DNA from: Eledone cirrhosa
Taxonomy: Eukaryota
Length of the DNA stretch: 64,000 nucleotides
Reading direction: 5' to 3'
Assembly: GCA_964016885.1 (NCBI GenBank)
Contig: OZ024743.1
Coordinates: 218,116,001-218,180,000 of the forward strand
In this document: positions 42,987 through 58,900 of the stretch, in pieces
How positions within the stretch are numbered: the stretch's first letter is position 1
Layout of the letters: every line of letters begins with the position of its first letter
Program-made: the position numbers and the translations under genes
The notes under the pieces: model-generated
Seen by the model: the letters and a program-made list of their open reading frames with translations, nothing else
Told to the model about the DNA's origin: nothing
The model's database searches: none

Positions 42987-43177
42987 TACGAGGGTGTGCT
43001 GAAAAGTCCCTAGGCTGACTATGGAGGAGTGATAATAGAGCAGTGAAATAGTTCATGCATTAATTTCAACTCTTCTTATTAATAACTGCATTGTTTCTAT
43101 GTTGAAAAATAAACTTCATTTGGCCATTCCATGTGTGTATCTTAGTCAGACTATAAACTTTTCAGCCGACCCTCGTA
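42987..43177 (+). mobile_element. Mariner-derived MITE
   Basis: TA-CGAGGGTGTGCTGAAAAGT ... ACTTTTCAGCCGACCCTCG-TA. Confidence 0.82.
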
Positions 43178-43214
43178 GAGTCTAATACACAAACAAACAG
43201 GCACATTCACGCGC

Positions 43215-43358
<144 letters not shown>

Positions 43359-43945
43359 TATTATATCGTTCGTCACATTTTAAATAAAATCTTATAGGCT
43401 CTTTCATCGGACTTTATATTTCTTCAACAACAAAAATATTTTTCCTTGGATTCTGAAAGTTTCGCTCACTTCAAATGTACGTTTATGTATGATTGTCTAC
43501 GCGTGTTTGTGGGATAATGATGCTTTTTGTTTACCTCAAAGATCGACTCTGATTGGGCAGAGATCCATTATTAAGGGTATTCCAGTTGTTTCCATCCTGT
43601 CCTATTTTCAATTCCGTGTATCTAGAATTTCATTATCTAATCAGCCCTTCCTTTTTAGAGTGGGAGATGTGATTTCAGCGACATTTGGTTACTAACTCTA
43701 GCAGTTCGATGACGATATTGAGGATCACACATTGTTGTATATACGATAATGATGATGATGTTATTCGTTGCTGGCTATTGGTTGAATCTGTATTATGTAT
43801 GAAAGTGTATGTATGTATGCCTGTATGTATGAAAATGTACGTATGAAAGTGTATGTATGTATGTATGTATGTATGTATGTATGTATGAAAGTGTATGTAG
43901 TTATGTATGTATGTATGTATGTATGTATGTATGTATACATGTATG

Positions 43946-44137
43946 TTCGAGGTCGGGGGGGAAATTTCATAGGCTGACTGCGATGGAGTGATACAAGATC
44001 AGTGAAATCGTGTATGCATTAATTTCAAAACTTCATTTTAATAACTGCATTGTTTGTTTCCAGGTAAACTGACATTTGACTGTTCAAATAAGACTTCAAT
44101 AGTAACTAGTAGTGACTTCTCTTGAAAATGGACACAA
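43946..44137 (+). mobile_element. Left end of the same mariner family
   Basis: Degenerate TIR and shared body, extending to GAAAATGGAC (possible transposase start). No right TIR. Confidence 0.6.
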
Positions 44138-45949
44138 CTATCTTCCGCCAATTAGTTACTTCTCTTTACTTTCTGAATTCAACTTCCACAGCGATTAGTC
44201 GACTTTGTCTTTCATCTTTCATCTTTATTTAACCTAAGGAAATCTTTATATTTATATGTATGGTGTCATAATCAGTCTGCGCAATAGAGTATCAAACTAT
44301 GATAGTCGGCACTATTAAACTCTTGCGAGTCAACTCTTGTGAGCACATTCATTAACAAGTATATACCAATGCCTTACAAAAAACCCTGATGATAAAGCTG
44401 GGTCATTCCATAATTGACGGTTGTGTAGCAAAGGGAAGGTAGAGCACGAAGAAAATTATGTTGAAATATAGGTTTACTTTCTCAGTCAGAGTGGTTATAA
44501 TACTTGATGTGTGTTTCTATGTATAATGAAGGCTATTTATTTCTCATTCTTAACTTAACTTAATGATGCAACCAGAATTGTATGAGTACCCACCCTTCCG
44601 AAACTATTCAACTTCAGTCAGTGGGAAAATAGTAAAACTTGGACTATCTTTAAATATGACCTGCTAATAATTCCCCGGAACTAAATTCCCGTGAAATCTT
44701 ATTCTGTCGTCTTAGGAAAAGAGAACTTTGAATGGTGCAATTTATATATATATTGAACATATATATTGAATGGAAAAAGACGACGTTGTTACAGCCGGAA
44801 TGCCTTTCAGAGCTAACCTAGGTCTAAATAACCAGAGTAACAACAGTACCAACCATAACAACAATAAAAGTAGCAACAACAATAACATACAGTTCTACAT
44901 TTCCTTACATCAGCAACATTAGCAACAATCGATTCTCCTTGAGTAACGCCGCTTGAGCAACAATTATATTCGGGAGAAGAAATGGAAAAGAAAACTAATC
45001 GATAAAAGATAGGCCTTAGAAGAGTAGGATCCAAACTATGCAAGCAAGCTAAAGAGGAAGAAAATAGATGGTAACGGTGGGAAAACAATTGATGAATTGA
45101 TGGAAAATGTCAGAACCCAAGGAAAAGATTTTGTTAGTAGTAGAAGAGATATAAAGTCCAATGAAAGAATTTGTTGGAATGTATTTTAAATGTGTAGAAA
45201 TATAGCATTGTGTGTGCTTGTGGATGCATCTGTATGCATGTATGTGCATGTGTGTATGCATGTATATGCATGTGTATGCAGGTGTGTGTAAGTGTGTGTG
45301 TGCATAACTAAAGGGTTAAGAGATTCGCTTTGCAATCATTATGTCCCTGGTTCGATATTGGCCAAGTGTCATTTACTATAGCCTCGGTTCAACACATACC
45401 TTTTGAATGAAATTAGACAGATGGAAACCGTTTGGAAGGCTTGTACCTGTAAAGTAAAATCAGTCTGTCACACTTAATGCCACGCAGAATCTCACTGAAT
45501 CTCCCTGGGATGTCACGTGGGACGTGATTTTGGAGAGCTCATTCACATATTAATTTCACGAGCAGGCTGTTCCGTTGCTCGAACAACCGGAACACTCATC
45601 TCATGTGTTTGCAAGCAGATGTTGATATTTAAGATCTTGTTTTATATGTAGAGCAAGTGACAACAATTATGTGTAAAGAAGATACTGGGAAAAGCACTTT
45701 CCAAATGTACATTAGGATGAAGTATTGGTGAGGAGAACAGTTTCTGAACATTGGAAATATTTTCTTTTAGCTTCAAATTTATGAGACGATTTAGTAGGCA
45801 AAACTCTTCTGACTCTTGATAATGTTTTCATATTTTTCTTTCCTTTTCTGTGTAAATAACAATGTACAGAATTTGGAAATGTGAAATCGGACAGGAAGCA
45901 TCGATAATATCTGGATGAAGTACTATGAGGGGATAATCACTTTCCAACA

Positions 45950-46375
45950 GGCAGGGAGATCCTCACGCGGGACTGACCATTAAAAATATACAGACTGTCG
46001 CGACTAATGCTAGGTGTAGTTATCTTAGTTGATCTCTCCTAACAATCTTTCATTCAAAACAATATACTCAAAGTTCTATTGCACGGATGCAATATCTCTT
46101 CACTCTAACTCTTCTATCGTTATTCCACATATCTATGGCCATGAGAGATAGATATCTACACATTATCTCCGGCAAAACTCAACCACAGGGGCAGCTCTCA
46201 TTTTCGTCCTTACATTTATATTATGCCTCAGCCCCTTAGACACCGTTCCAATCACTATGTCTAATCCTTCTAACCAAGAAGTTACTCCTTCAGGATTTCC
46301 GATCTCAGAAAACTGTTCCTACATTAGTCGACTTGCAGCTATTCAAGGAGAATACCAAATGCACCAACTCTAACA
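45950..46375 (+). mobile_element. CR1-like LINE 3' relic
   Basis: CTCTTCTATCGTTATTCC (LFYRY motif) and a degenerate downstream C-terminal pattern; no intact ORF. Confidence 0.4.
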
Positions 46376-48917
46376 AAACGATAAAAGGAGATTTAGCTGT
46401 ATCGCGAATGACATTCTTAAGTATAATGTGAATAGACAGATATGTTAAAGAATTTTTACAACTATTTGTCACGCGGGTATTAATTGTTATTCAGACAAGT
46501 TTCCTGATGGTCGATATCACGACCCGGTTTCAACACACATGGTTCGTCACATTTAACTTGTTTTAAACACCTAACGCCATTAGTAAGTCCATGAACATTA
46601 CAACAATCTGTCTCACACTGATAAAGTTATACAAATTTATGTTTATCCACACACAATGACATTTTACCATCTTAATAAGAGAAGTACATATTAGATATAG
46701 TGCTAATTGTAGAAGCGAGCATTGCCGCGTTGTTAAGAAGCTTGTTTCATAACCATAAGTTTCCGTGTTCGATCCCAGACGTGGCACCTCGGTGATTTTT
46801 TTTTTTTTAAATATAATTTCGGGTGGATCCTTGTGAGGAAATTGAGATCTCGTCGGATAGGTTCTGCTTGTAATTCAAAAGTGCAGGCTTGTCGCGTATT
46901 GTGTCTCGCTGGTTCTACCTGAAACTTCCGTTGGAGCACACGTGTGTGTAGAATACGTAAGGTTCACGAGAACTGAATGTTCATCGCTGAAACTGAACTT
47001 GAGGCTTACACAAAAACAATGTATGTATGGGCTATCACTTCTAATTTAGTCGAAGCGGTGCCATTGTAATATGTGCAGTGTTCGGGACATTGTAAACCTG
47101 ACAAAGCTCATACCCTATAGTGGTCTGAACACAACCTATTTCTTCGAGAGAGAGCGGAAATCGATGTTTCTAGACCGGTTGTTATTTTATAGACATCAAA
47201 GGGACGAAAGGCAATGCTGACTTCATTAGGAAAGAACAGGAACAAACGCCACGAAGCATTATATATATCCGATTCTCTAATGACTCTGTCAAATACAATA
47301 ACAATAACAACACTTATTCGCTATGTGAAGTTAAGTGCCGTAGAGATAATATCCTTGAAACGTTGTAAATCATCTACCTTCTTTCAATAACAACACTAAA
47401 ATCATTGTAAAGATATAGTTGTCACAGGTTCTTAGTTTTCCATCCTTATCCATCTAATGATGTATGTCTATGGAAGCATGTGTGGCTTCCCAACTACGTG
47501 CATTCTGAATTCGATCTCTCTGCAAGGAATTTTGGACAAGCGTCTGACAATACCATAAAAAAGAAATTTAATAAACGGAAACTCTGTGAAATATATATGT
47601 GTGTGTGCGTGTTTGTGTTTGAGAATGTGTGTGTATGTATATAACTTAGGGTTAAAAGGGAACAGCGCATTGGAACAGAAAAACTATGTGGTATCATGTA
47701 CGATTATTTTTTCACCCCTTACATCAAGGCCCATGTTGTAATTCGTATCTTACGAGAATTATTACATAATTGATTAACTACAACTTTAAAGGCAGTGCTC
47801 CAGCATGACCATATTCCAATGACTTACATTTGTAAAAGAAAGAGATATATTTTAATGTTTAATGATATGATTTGAACCAGTATAATATGCATTGATATCG
47901 AACATTTAATTAAATACACATTGACTCAGCATTTCGTTTGCATTGGTATTCTTACAATACATGGTCGACCTTCAAGTGAACTCAGCTCTGATTTTAAATG
48001 GTATCGTCGCCAAGCTTCTCCTCCAGACTTTTACATCCATTGTTTTGTTCAACAAGAGCTTCCTTGATACATAAATAACAAAGACTAATGAAAGTAGACT
48101 TCACAAGTTATACACAATACTAACAGTGAGTTACAAAATGCACATACACATATACACGCATGCACATACACGTATACACACACACACACACACACGCACA
48201 CACACACACGCACACACACATTCTTGCTTATGTGAAGATATATGAATTTAATGTATTTCCACACGATACAAAACGAAATATCTCGATGCATATATATATA
48301 TATATATATATATTTATTTATTAAAATAACAGATTAAAGTTTAAGCAAATAATCGCTGTTTTCACCCTTGACGGGATCTTCTGAAACTTTAATCTGCTAT
48401 TTTAATAAATATTTGCTCTATGGTTCTTATATATTTGATATATATTTATCCTTATCGAGCCCTCTTTGGATTTTAGTCTTCAAATGTATTATTATTACTA
48501 TATATATATATATATATACAAATATATGCAAAAGACATATTCACACCGGAGGAAATGAGATATATGATATTATATATATAATAGATATAAATGAAATAAT
48601 GTATATTGATCCCTTCTGAAAATGTGTAAAATGTGTTCAACCTACACGAAAACTTCTAGAAAAAATAAAGCAGAAATCCTATCATTAAATAAACCAAGGC
48701 AAGAATCTCGCTTCACAGATCTATTAGCAAGAAGTTCTAAGATCATCATTACCCTCATCCTCATCATGGTCCCTAAATCTTTTTCAGTGTCGAACGCTGC
48801 ACCAACTACTTTCATCTCCGGTGGTCATTGGCGAGTGTTTGGGTTATATTTCTAAGATATAGCAGCCAAACACAGATTTCCTAGATAACATGAAGTTGAG
48901 GACCAGATAAAAATATA

Positions 48918-49105
48918 TACGAAAGTCGGTTGAAAAGTTCATAGGCTGGTCAAGATACCCTCATTGAATGACCAAATAAGATTTTTTTTTAATATCGTCC
49001 CTGGAAAGAAGCAATGCATCTATTAATAAGAAGTGTTGCAAGATTTCACAGCTCTACCATCAGTCCTTCATTGTCAGCCTATGAACTTTTCATCTGACAA
49101 TCGTG
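48918..49105 (-). mobile_element. Mariner-derived MITE, opposite orientation
   Basis: TACGAAAGTCGGTTGAAAAGTTCATAGGCTG ... CAGCCTATGAACTTTTCA. The internal body is inverted relative to 38187. Confidence 0.78.
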
Positions 49106-49368
49106 GAACAACTTATGACGTATGACACCCTACATAAAGTATAGAAAAGTATCATCTAGTTCGATCTGTATAAATATATGTTTTAATCTGCCCATAAACA
49201 TAGTAAAACCTTCCTAATATGTCTGTGGTGTTCCAGCGCATCTTACTCGCCGTCTACCGGGGCAATGTCTTCTCTATCCTGTCGGCCAGACCCACGACAT
49301 ATTAGAGTAGGAGTAGGGTGGCAGTCTTCTGACGAAAGGGTTAATAATGCTGAAACACACGCACGCGC

Positions 49369-49440
<72 letters not shown>

Positions 49441-50689
49441 CAATATATGAAACATAAGCCATTTTTGATACGTGTATATTTATCATGGCTGTTACCGTTA
49501 ATCAACTTTTTTCTTCCTCCTTTGTTCTCATATATCAGACTGGAAATACAATTTTGTCAATCCACTGTTATAGGGTTAAGATAGAACGACAAATCTCTAA
49601 CTACAACTAGAAATCTTTATATAACATATAAACAACCCAACTCGATTGCAATTGCAATGTCATGCCAAACAAAATAAATAATGTACCCTTTAATCTACAA
49701 AGAAGAGGAAACGTATATCGATTTAACTGAAAACTTCTTAAATCTAGATTCACACAGCAGATGCATTCTGTAGAGTTCGAGAAGTCTCCAAATATATTTG
49801 ATATTTGAAAGGCAGAAGCAAAATCAACCCTACGACAAAACGAAATGTTGTTGAAAGGTCTAATAGTACACGTCATCACTAATGTGCAACTGAATCATTT
49901 CTGATCTTATATATTCCTGAGAGAATATTTGATGACAAAAATAATAAAGAAAGAAACATTCATCAGAGCAAAGACAGTAAAAGGCCGTTCATTCAAACAT
50001 ACTCCTGAATGAATATACAGCCGATGTATATGACATCATGAAACCTGTACGTGCAGTTAAGTTGAAACACTAACTCCTACTAACACATTCAGTGCAGTCG
50101 CGTCCCATGAAACATATTCCCATACACATATACAACCAATGTATGTGACATCACGAGATTTTTACATGCAGTTAAGTCAAAACACTAACACATTCAGTAC
50201 AGTCGATTCTTTTCTAAAAGAAAACGTGTTCTTGCGTGCACAATGTAACATGAGAAACCACATGAAACCGAAACGGTAATAGGTTTACCGTCAAATGTAA
50301 CCCTATACTCAAGGAAAAATTATTTTTGCTTCCAAGTTAACGAGAATGTTATCATTGAATCAGACAAACATGCTAATCCTTAGGAAAACCTTTCTGTTTT
50401 GTTTTATTCAATTCATATTTTACAAGTGTTCCGATGCCAGTTAAGCATATGAAAAGGTTTCACTATAAACCACCATGAAATCTAACAGAACATGTAGACT
50501 AAAAGGTTTCATTACAGGCCACCATGAATTCTGACAGAACATGTAGTCTAAAAGTAGCAGCAAATGACTCAGCTAAGTACCTAAAATTATAAACATTACA
50601 GAAAACTTTTTATCTCTTGTTCTAAAATACTAAATACAAAGCACAAAAATGCGCGCGCTCACACAAATAAATAAATATATATATATAAG

Positions 50690-50737
<48 letters not shown>

Positions 50738-51113
50738 CAGAAATGACAACAACAATTTTATATATACACATAAAGAATTACAGGAAATTTGGCTTTTCTA
50801 ATAAATAAGAATAACAAAAATACTAATAATTATTATAGCACTGCAAAATAAAATAAAAAATCATATAGTATATAATTGAAAGAAACTCTGAAAACCCTCA
50901 AACTTTTATTGAAATGAGAAGTGGCTGAAGTAAAAAGAATTATGTGAAGGGAAATTCGACAAATGGATTGAAAACATTGCTTCAAGTATTCTAAACAAAA
51001 TGGACTCCGTTCAAAGGTGACTACGTCAATGTTTGTCTAGTAAGTAAAGAGAACAATTGAAATCAATATATACAAATGCGTAGCATTCAATAGCATTTAT
51101 ACATATATAAGTG

Positions 51114-51194
<81 letters not shown>

Positions 51195-51279
51195 GTATAT
51201 ATATGTATATATATATAAATATTATATGTATACACGAATGCATGTATATGTTTATAATTATATGTAATATATGTATATA

Positions 51280-51358
<79 letters not shown>

Positions 51359-51419
51359 ATATATATATACATATATTACATATATATATATTACATATAT
51401 ATGTATATATATATGTATA

Positions 51420-51547
<128 letters not shown>

Positions 51548-51605
51548 TTATATGTATACACGAATGCATGTATATGTTTATAATTATATGTAATATATGT
51601 ATATA

Positions 51606-51649
<44 letters not shown>

Positions 51650-52101
51650 TAAACATATATATATATACACAAATATATATATTTATATATATATTTATAT
51701 ATATATACATAGATACATATGCATATATATATATCGGAGGAAATGACAATAGGAATATAGAAGGATAGATAAATAGATAGACAGTCAGATAGTTAGATAG
51801 ATAAAGAGATAAATAGATAGATTGTTTGATTGATTTTTTTTTTATCGATTGATTGATACTTGGATGGCTAATGTAATTACAGAGTGAAGAAATACAATGG
51901 GACAAGTTTGTTATATATAAGTAAGACCCTCATATACATTGAGCATAAAAAACTAACAACTATCTTATATATAAAACTAACAACTGTCTTATATATATAT
52001 ATATATAAATGTTCATAAATACATAATATATATGTATATATATATATTATGTATGTATGAACATTTATATATGTAAATATATATGTGTCTCTCTTTCTCT
52101 T

Positions 52102-52159
<58 letters not shown>

Positions 52160-52172
52160 CGTGTGTGTATGT

Positions 52173-52278
<106 letters not shown>

Positions 52279-52541
52279 CTATATATGAATGTATGTATGT
52301 ATGTATGTGCGTGTAAGCATTACTTTCAAATATGTACGTGCAAAAATGGGTATCGATGTGTTAGATACGTGCATCCATGTACACAAGTTTGTTTACCATC
52401 CACCACGTTCCTTTATTTTAGACAATTGAAATCTGACAATTTGAACCCGAAAAAACATCAATTCACATTTGAAAAAATAACTTTTAACAAAATTACCAAA
52501 GATACATACGCATAGACACACACATATATATATATGTATAC

Positions 52542-52669
<128 letters not shown>

Positions 52670-52876
52670 AGAGAGAGAGAGGGTGATAGAGAGAGAGAGG
52701 GGCGAGAGAAAGAGAGAGAGAGAGAGAGATAGAGAGAGAGAGACTTACGTACATACATTCACACACACATATATATGTGTATATTTATATATATATATTT
52801 ATACACACATTCATCATAGTTTTGTATGTACATTTAAAAATATATATTGACATATATTTTTTATCAATTTATATAA

Positions 52877-52958
<82 letters not shown>

Positions 52959-52987
52959 ATATACATATATGTATATGTATATATATG

Positions 52988-53024
<37 letters not shown>

Positions 53025-53047
53025 ATATACATATATGTATATGTATA

Positions 53048-53131
<84 letters not shown>

Positions 53132-53191
53132 TATACATATATATATGTACATATATATATATATATGTGTGTACATATATAGTGAAGAGAA

Positions 53192-53232
<41 letters not shown>

Positions 53233-53707
53233 CATATAAATATTATATATCACATGGCAATTCGGAATACCATAGTAACATTTCAATATAGTACAAAAGT
53301 TGTTAATGAAATTACTAAAATGTCTTTTGTATCATTTATTTTTATATAAAATAATGTGTGGAAATATTTTGGCTTGTATGCTTTGGATTTTCAAAAGATT
53401 TGCATTGTCACCCCGCTCCTGAAACAACGCTATAGTTTTCAATCTTACATTTTTATTGTTGATCTATAATGATGTGTAAAAACTCATTAAGTAGAATGTT
53501 ATATTTTTGATCGGGAAAAAATTCTGAATTATGTATAGACTTTAACGTTCATATATATATATATATATGTGTGTGTGTGTTCGTGTGTGCGTGTGTGCGT
53601 GTTTGTGTGTGTGTGTATGTGTCTGTGTGCGTGTGTATGTATCTATATACTTGTGTATGCATGTGTGTCCAAATATACACATATATAAATATATGCATAT
53701 ATACAAG

Positions 53708-53763
<56 letters not shown>

Positions 53764-53921
53764 CATACATACGCATATATATATATGTATGTGTGTGTAA
53801 GTTAGTTATTACAAATGTTCGCTTCTTCATATGTATGTACATTTGGTGCATACATATATATGCGTTTGTGTGTGTTTGTGCGTAATTAAGCATTATGTTT
53901 GTATATATATATATGTATATA

Positions 53922-54073
<152 letters not shown>

Positions 54074-54395
54074 TGTGTCTGTATGTGTCTATGTGTGTCT
54101 ATGTGTGTCTATGTGTGTCTATGTGTGTCTATGTGTGCCTATGTGTATCTGTGTGCGTGTGTGTGTCTGCCTCAGTATTTATACCTACATTGAAGTAAAC
54201 ATCAAAACTGTGTTTTGCATAAATATTCATAAATATATATGAATATTTGTGAGTATGTGTTTGTAATAAATAAATGTAGAAGCCATAAAATGTAAGTTTA
54301 TATTGTTTAAAATGAAATGTGTCATCATTCAAATAGTGGTGTGATATTTTGAATTGAAAAACTTTATCAATCTAATAGAAATGTGTAGTTAAAAT

Positions 54396-54550
54396 CAAGG
54401 CCTCCAATAGAAATTTTGCAAAGTGATACAAGACCCATTTGGGGCCCAAAGTAGGCAAAGATTTTTCTCAAAAATATGTTGCATATTGGGCCCTCTTAGC
54501 TCTTGGCCCAGGAACAAAGTACCGGCTGGTCTCCCCTCTCATAGGCCCTG
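54396..54550. mobile_element. Small hAT-type MITE (155 bp)
   Basis: Ends CAAGGCCT / AGGCCCTG. 8-bp TSD GTTAAAAT / GTTAAAGT. Confidence 0.62.
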
Positions 54551-55964
54551 GTTAAAGTTGAACATTTTCGAATTCAACCTCATCGGAATTTAATGATCGT
54601 CTGTCACTCAAACACATCTTTAATTAGTAAGTGCCGCCATGATAAGTGGCAAAACAGCTACCATGCCTTCCGAAAGCCAACGACACACTTATCAAGAAAA
54701 TAGACTTAATTTTCTATTCTTGGGTACATTTTCGGATTTTCTCTTTTCTCGTCTGATTTTCAAAACAATTCATCGTGACATTTTTTCAAGAAATGTCCAA
54801 TGTTATTGGTAATGTTCTACATTCATTGGGTTGAGGATTAAGAGGAGTTCGTTCAAATGTTTTCGAAGCAGATGATAGCTTCTAGCTATGTATTTCATTT
54901 TGTGTTTAACATTTGTCTTCCTGATCTGTTATGAAACTGTGAGACAATTTTTACATCTGCTTATGCGAGGCGATAAACCGGAAATTATTATTATGTGTGT
55001 ATCAACGAACTGAAAATGGTCTACTAATCTGCAGTTAATGTACAGATTTAGGAGGAATTATTCATTATGTGTGGTGTTTCAAATAAAATTCATGAAATGT
55101 AAAATTTTGTTTGCTTTTTAAAAATATTCCAGTTTAATTATATGTAAAAATGCCCAGGAATCGTCATTTGCAATCAATTATTAAATATGTAATATATATA
55201 TTTCCAGAAAGGTCTAGAATATTTCCAATGTTTTGACAGTGTATGGATGAAATGCATTCCAGTTGCAATCAACAATAGGATTGAAGGCAAATACCTCATG
55301 GGTAAGGTATGTATATTACGGTAGAGTCTCACAGAGTGAATATGAAAAATGAAATTATTCAAGCAGTTAGTAATCAAATCCCCCTAATCGTATTGAAAGT
55401 CATAAATGAAGTTGATAATCCTAATATGATCAATTAAACGAAATGTTTGGATAATTGAATGATATCAAAAATCAGATAATGCGGGCGTGTAGGCTTTAAC
55501 ATTAACGGGTGAAAACAACAGTCTCTATTCAATCTTATAAGACATCCTCAGCGAAGCATATTCTACTACGATAGAAGGAAAATAAGAATAATTGTATGCA
55601 TAGAAATACAGGAAATGTAGTGAATTTAAATACAAATATCATCAATATATCAGGTGACGAGCTTCACTCCAAGCTGCATATTTTTTATTGTTCAAAAATT
55701 ACCAGGAACTAAGCATAATGGAGTGATCTCCTTTCCTTGTGAATTTAAACACATGCAGAAAAGATTGCATCTGTTAACTATTAGTTCCAGCTATTCAATG
55801 AGTTGTGCAAATTGACGCTATCATTCTCACGTGCTTTTCTATTCTTAATTTTTTAGTGTTGAAATTCGCTACTTCGAAATAGTAACTGCTTACAACCACT
55901 GCTGTCGATTTCGTGAACAACTTTACAAATGCACAATGGAAATTATAGAAGCATTTCTAGTTAG

Positions 55965-56585
55965 TTTTTTTTTTTCCTACTTATTCCTGGGAGGGTCGTT
56001 AGAGACAGCAGGTCCTGTCACAAGCAACCGTCTCTAATAGATTCGACTAGATCTCCAAGCGTGACCATCCCAGCTCATGGCTGTTATATAAGCATCTTGC
56101 TCGGGATCTACTACGCTGGTTTTGTCCGCAAAACCTGTCCAGCGATTCTTTGCTAAGACATTCTAACCAGATGTCCGCAATATTGGAGCAGTAGCAGCTC
56201 TACCTGGAGTGACTCTCTGAACTCCGAGCTACGCTTACGCACTCATCCGAGTAACGTTACTCCAAAGACACTTCGGAGGAGCCCCATTTCGGCCGCTGGT
56301 ATTTGCAATCGTATTCTTACCGTCATTACACAAGATTCGTCACTATAGATAAGGCTTGGCACGAATACCGAATTGAAGATAGCTAGTTTAGCTATTACTC
56401 TTACTTGCTTTCGTCTGACCACCGAATGCTGAAGCTGGTGATTTAATGTCCTAGCTCATACAATACTTGCACTTAATACAGCTTCTTGCTCTCCATAACT
56501 CGTGAACACGACCCCGAGATACCTAAAATTCTCCACCTGCTTCAGTGAAACTCCACTCACATTTTTAGTAAATTTATCCCCAGGT
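55965..56585 (-). mobile_element. RTE-clade (Expander/Rex3-like) LINE 3' fragment, decayed
   Basis: LKQVENFRYLGVVFTS, then KLAIFNSVFVPSLIY, AAEMGLLR and GHLVRM. An A-rich tail lies near 55970. Confidence 0.82.
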
Positions 56586-56590
56586 AAATA

Positions 56591-56672
<82 letters not shown>

Positions 56673-57025
56673 ATCATACTTTGAAAGGGTCATGCTGCCA
56701 ATAAAAACAGGCGCAACAGTTGATTTTCACTTCAATCAATTTATTATAAACTTCCAGCTGGTTAGTTTAATAATTGGATGGGTGTTTATTTGTTTATTGT
56801 CAAAACTCTTTCGTCATATATTCCGTGACCTCCTCGGTGACTAATTTGTTATTAGAGCAAACTCTGGGCATAAATCGGGGTGAAAAGTGGCGTAAACTAA
56901 TATACTTAATAACAGCACAGTAACGAAGGTAATGAATTTTCTACACTCTGTCCGAAAAATTATTTTGCGTATAGAACTATATTCAAACCAACTCTTGATT
57001 GTGTATATATCTATCTATATTTCTA

Positions 57026-57070
<45 letters not shown>

Positions 57071-57338
57071 ATCATTATATGTTTATTAGAGATAATTTAA
57101 TAATTCTTTCTACTTTTTGGCACAAGGCCAGCAATTACTCAGTACATTAGAGATAATTTAATAATGAACGCTGGTAAATGTTAATGTGTGCAATTATCGC
57201 AATGATTATTGATATGCAGGTGTATTAGACTAAAATTCTATCATGTGCTATAGCCACGATAATCGATTGATTGAAACCATTTATACAAGCATACACATAA
57301 AACGCATATATATATAATATATACACACACACACACAC

Positions 57339-57404
<66 letters not shown>

Positions 57405-57482
57405 TGATGAGCAGAACAAACAAACATTAAACAATCCTTTAAATAAATAAATAAATAATTTAAATATCTACCTGTTCATAAT

Positions 57483-57561
57483 GCTATTACCGGCGGTTTC
57501 CATCCACAAAAGATTGGAAATTCGAAGAATTTCCAACGGAAAGTAGATTTCATCAGATAGC
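57483..57561 (-). ncRNA. Type I hammerhead motif with an extended stem II
   Basis: Minus strand GCUAU-CUGAUGA-AAUCUAC..UUGGAAAUUC(UUC)GAAUUUCCAA..GUGGAUG-GAAA-CCGCCGG-UA-AUAGC. The first stem II pair is an A-G mismatch. Confidence 0.68.
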
Positions 57562-58004
57562 TATTTCCTTTCTATAGGACATACGTCCCATGGTCCGTAA
57601 ATATAATGCCAACTACCAGCTCGTATGAGTTATGGCCGTTAAAGTGACCCACACATGACCCGGCCGCTAGAGCAAGCGGGAATAGTATAGACTTGTTGAT
57701 GGCTTGGCTGCTAAAAAAAATAGCAGTAAGGAACAACGAATTTTTTTCTCTACATAGATTGGAGAATGTATAAAAATGAGGTAAATATCTTACTGAGTGC
57801 TAAGTACCCATAGAGATATATAGGGTGTCTATAATATAATTGTTGTTCTATGGTACTAATTTGAGATACCATAACTATAAAAATTGATGAGCAGAACAAA
57901 CAAACATTAAACAATCCTTTAAATAAATTTGGTTGGAAGCTCCCGGACATGGTCGCATTCTTTAAGGGTATGTCAATATTTGTTTATAAAACTGATCTAT
58001 ATTA

Positions 58005-58069
58005 TATTTTATCTGATGAGAGCGCACCATAATTTGCTTTTGTTTCCTTGAAATATCTATAATGAAATA
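58005..58069 (+). ncRNA. Decayed hammerhead motif (TATTTTAT family)
   Basis: UAUUUUAU-CUGAUGA-GAG..CUU-GAAA-UAUCUA-UA-AUGAAAUA. The downstream sequence matches 9781-9830. Confidence 0.6.
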
Positions 58070-58137
58070 AATATGGTTTTATAAATATAGTTTCCATTTG
58101 TTAATATATTGTATATATATATATATTTATATATATT

Positions 58138-58900
58138 TATATAAGTATGTATACGTACAAACATATATGTATACAGACGTCGAGTAGTATGTATGGTTTA
58201 CCGAACATTTATTATAATGCTCGGTTTGTTTGTAAACAAACAGCCCGAATTATTAACCGTACCGTGTTCGGCTAATAATTCACAAATAATTTACAAACAA
58301 ACCGAGCATTATAATAAATGTTCGGTAAACCCATACGTACATATATATGTGTGCATTTATGTATGTATATATATACTACTATATGTATACATATATATGT
58401 ACGTATACATACTTATATTTAAGTATCAGCCGTACTAAGAGTGAGAAATGAAATTTCATTTTTTCCATTTATCGTTTTCGGTACCCGGCCGACTAACTCA
58501 CTCGATATGCAAATTAGGCTGCTCAGACGTTAATATGCATGAGGAAAGTATATACTTTCAGACGTTCAATCAACTGACAGGAAGGTATACGGTGCTGATG
58601 CCAGCTAATAAGCTAGAAACTAGTTCATCGTTCCTTTGTCAGTGTTGAACAAAATGGCGACGATGGTTGCCGAACACTGTACGGCTAATAATTCGGGCTG
58701 TTTATTTACAAACAAACCGAGCATTATAATAAATGTTGGGTAAACCCATAGGTACATATATATATATATATGTGTGTGCATGTATGTATGTATACACATA
58801 CTACTGTACGTCTGTATACATATATGTATGTACGTAAACATACTTATATATAAGTATCAGCCGTACTAAGATTGAGAAATGAAATTTCATTTTTTTCCAT
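58138..58900. repeat. Fold-back element: one forward arm and two inverted copies
   Basis: GGTTTACCGAACATTTATTATAATGCTCGGTTTGTTTGTAAA at 58196 has reverse complements near 58290-58330 and 58705-58746. 58290-58470 and 58705-58900 are direct duplicates. Confidence 0.85.
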
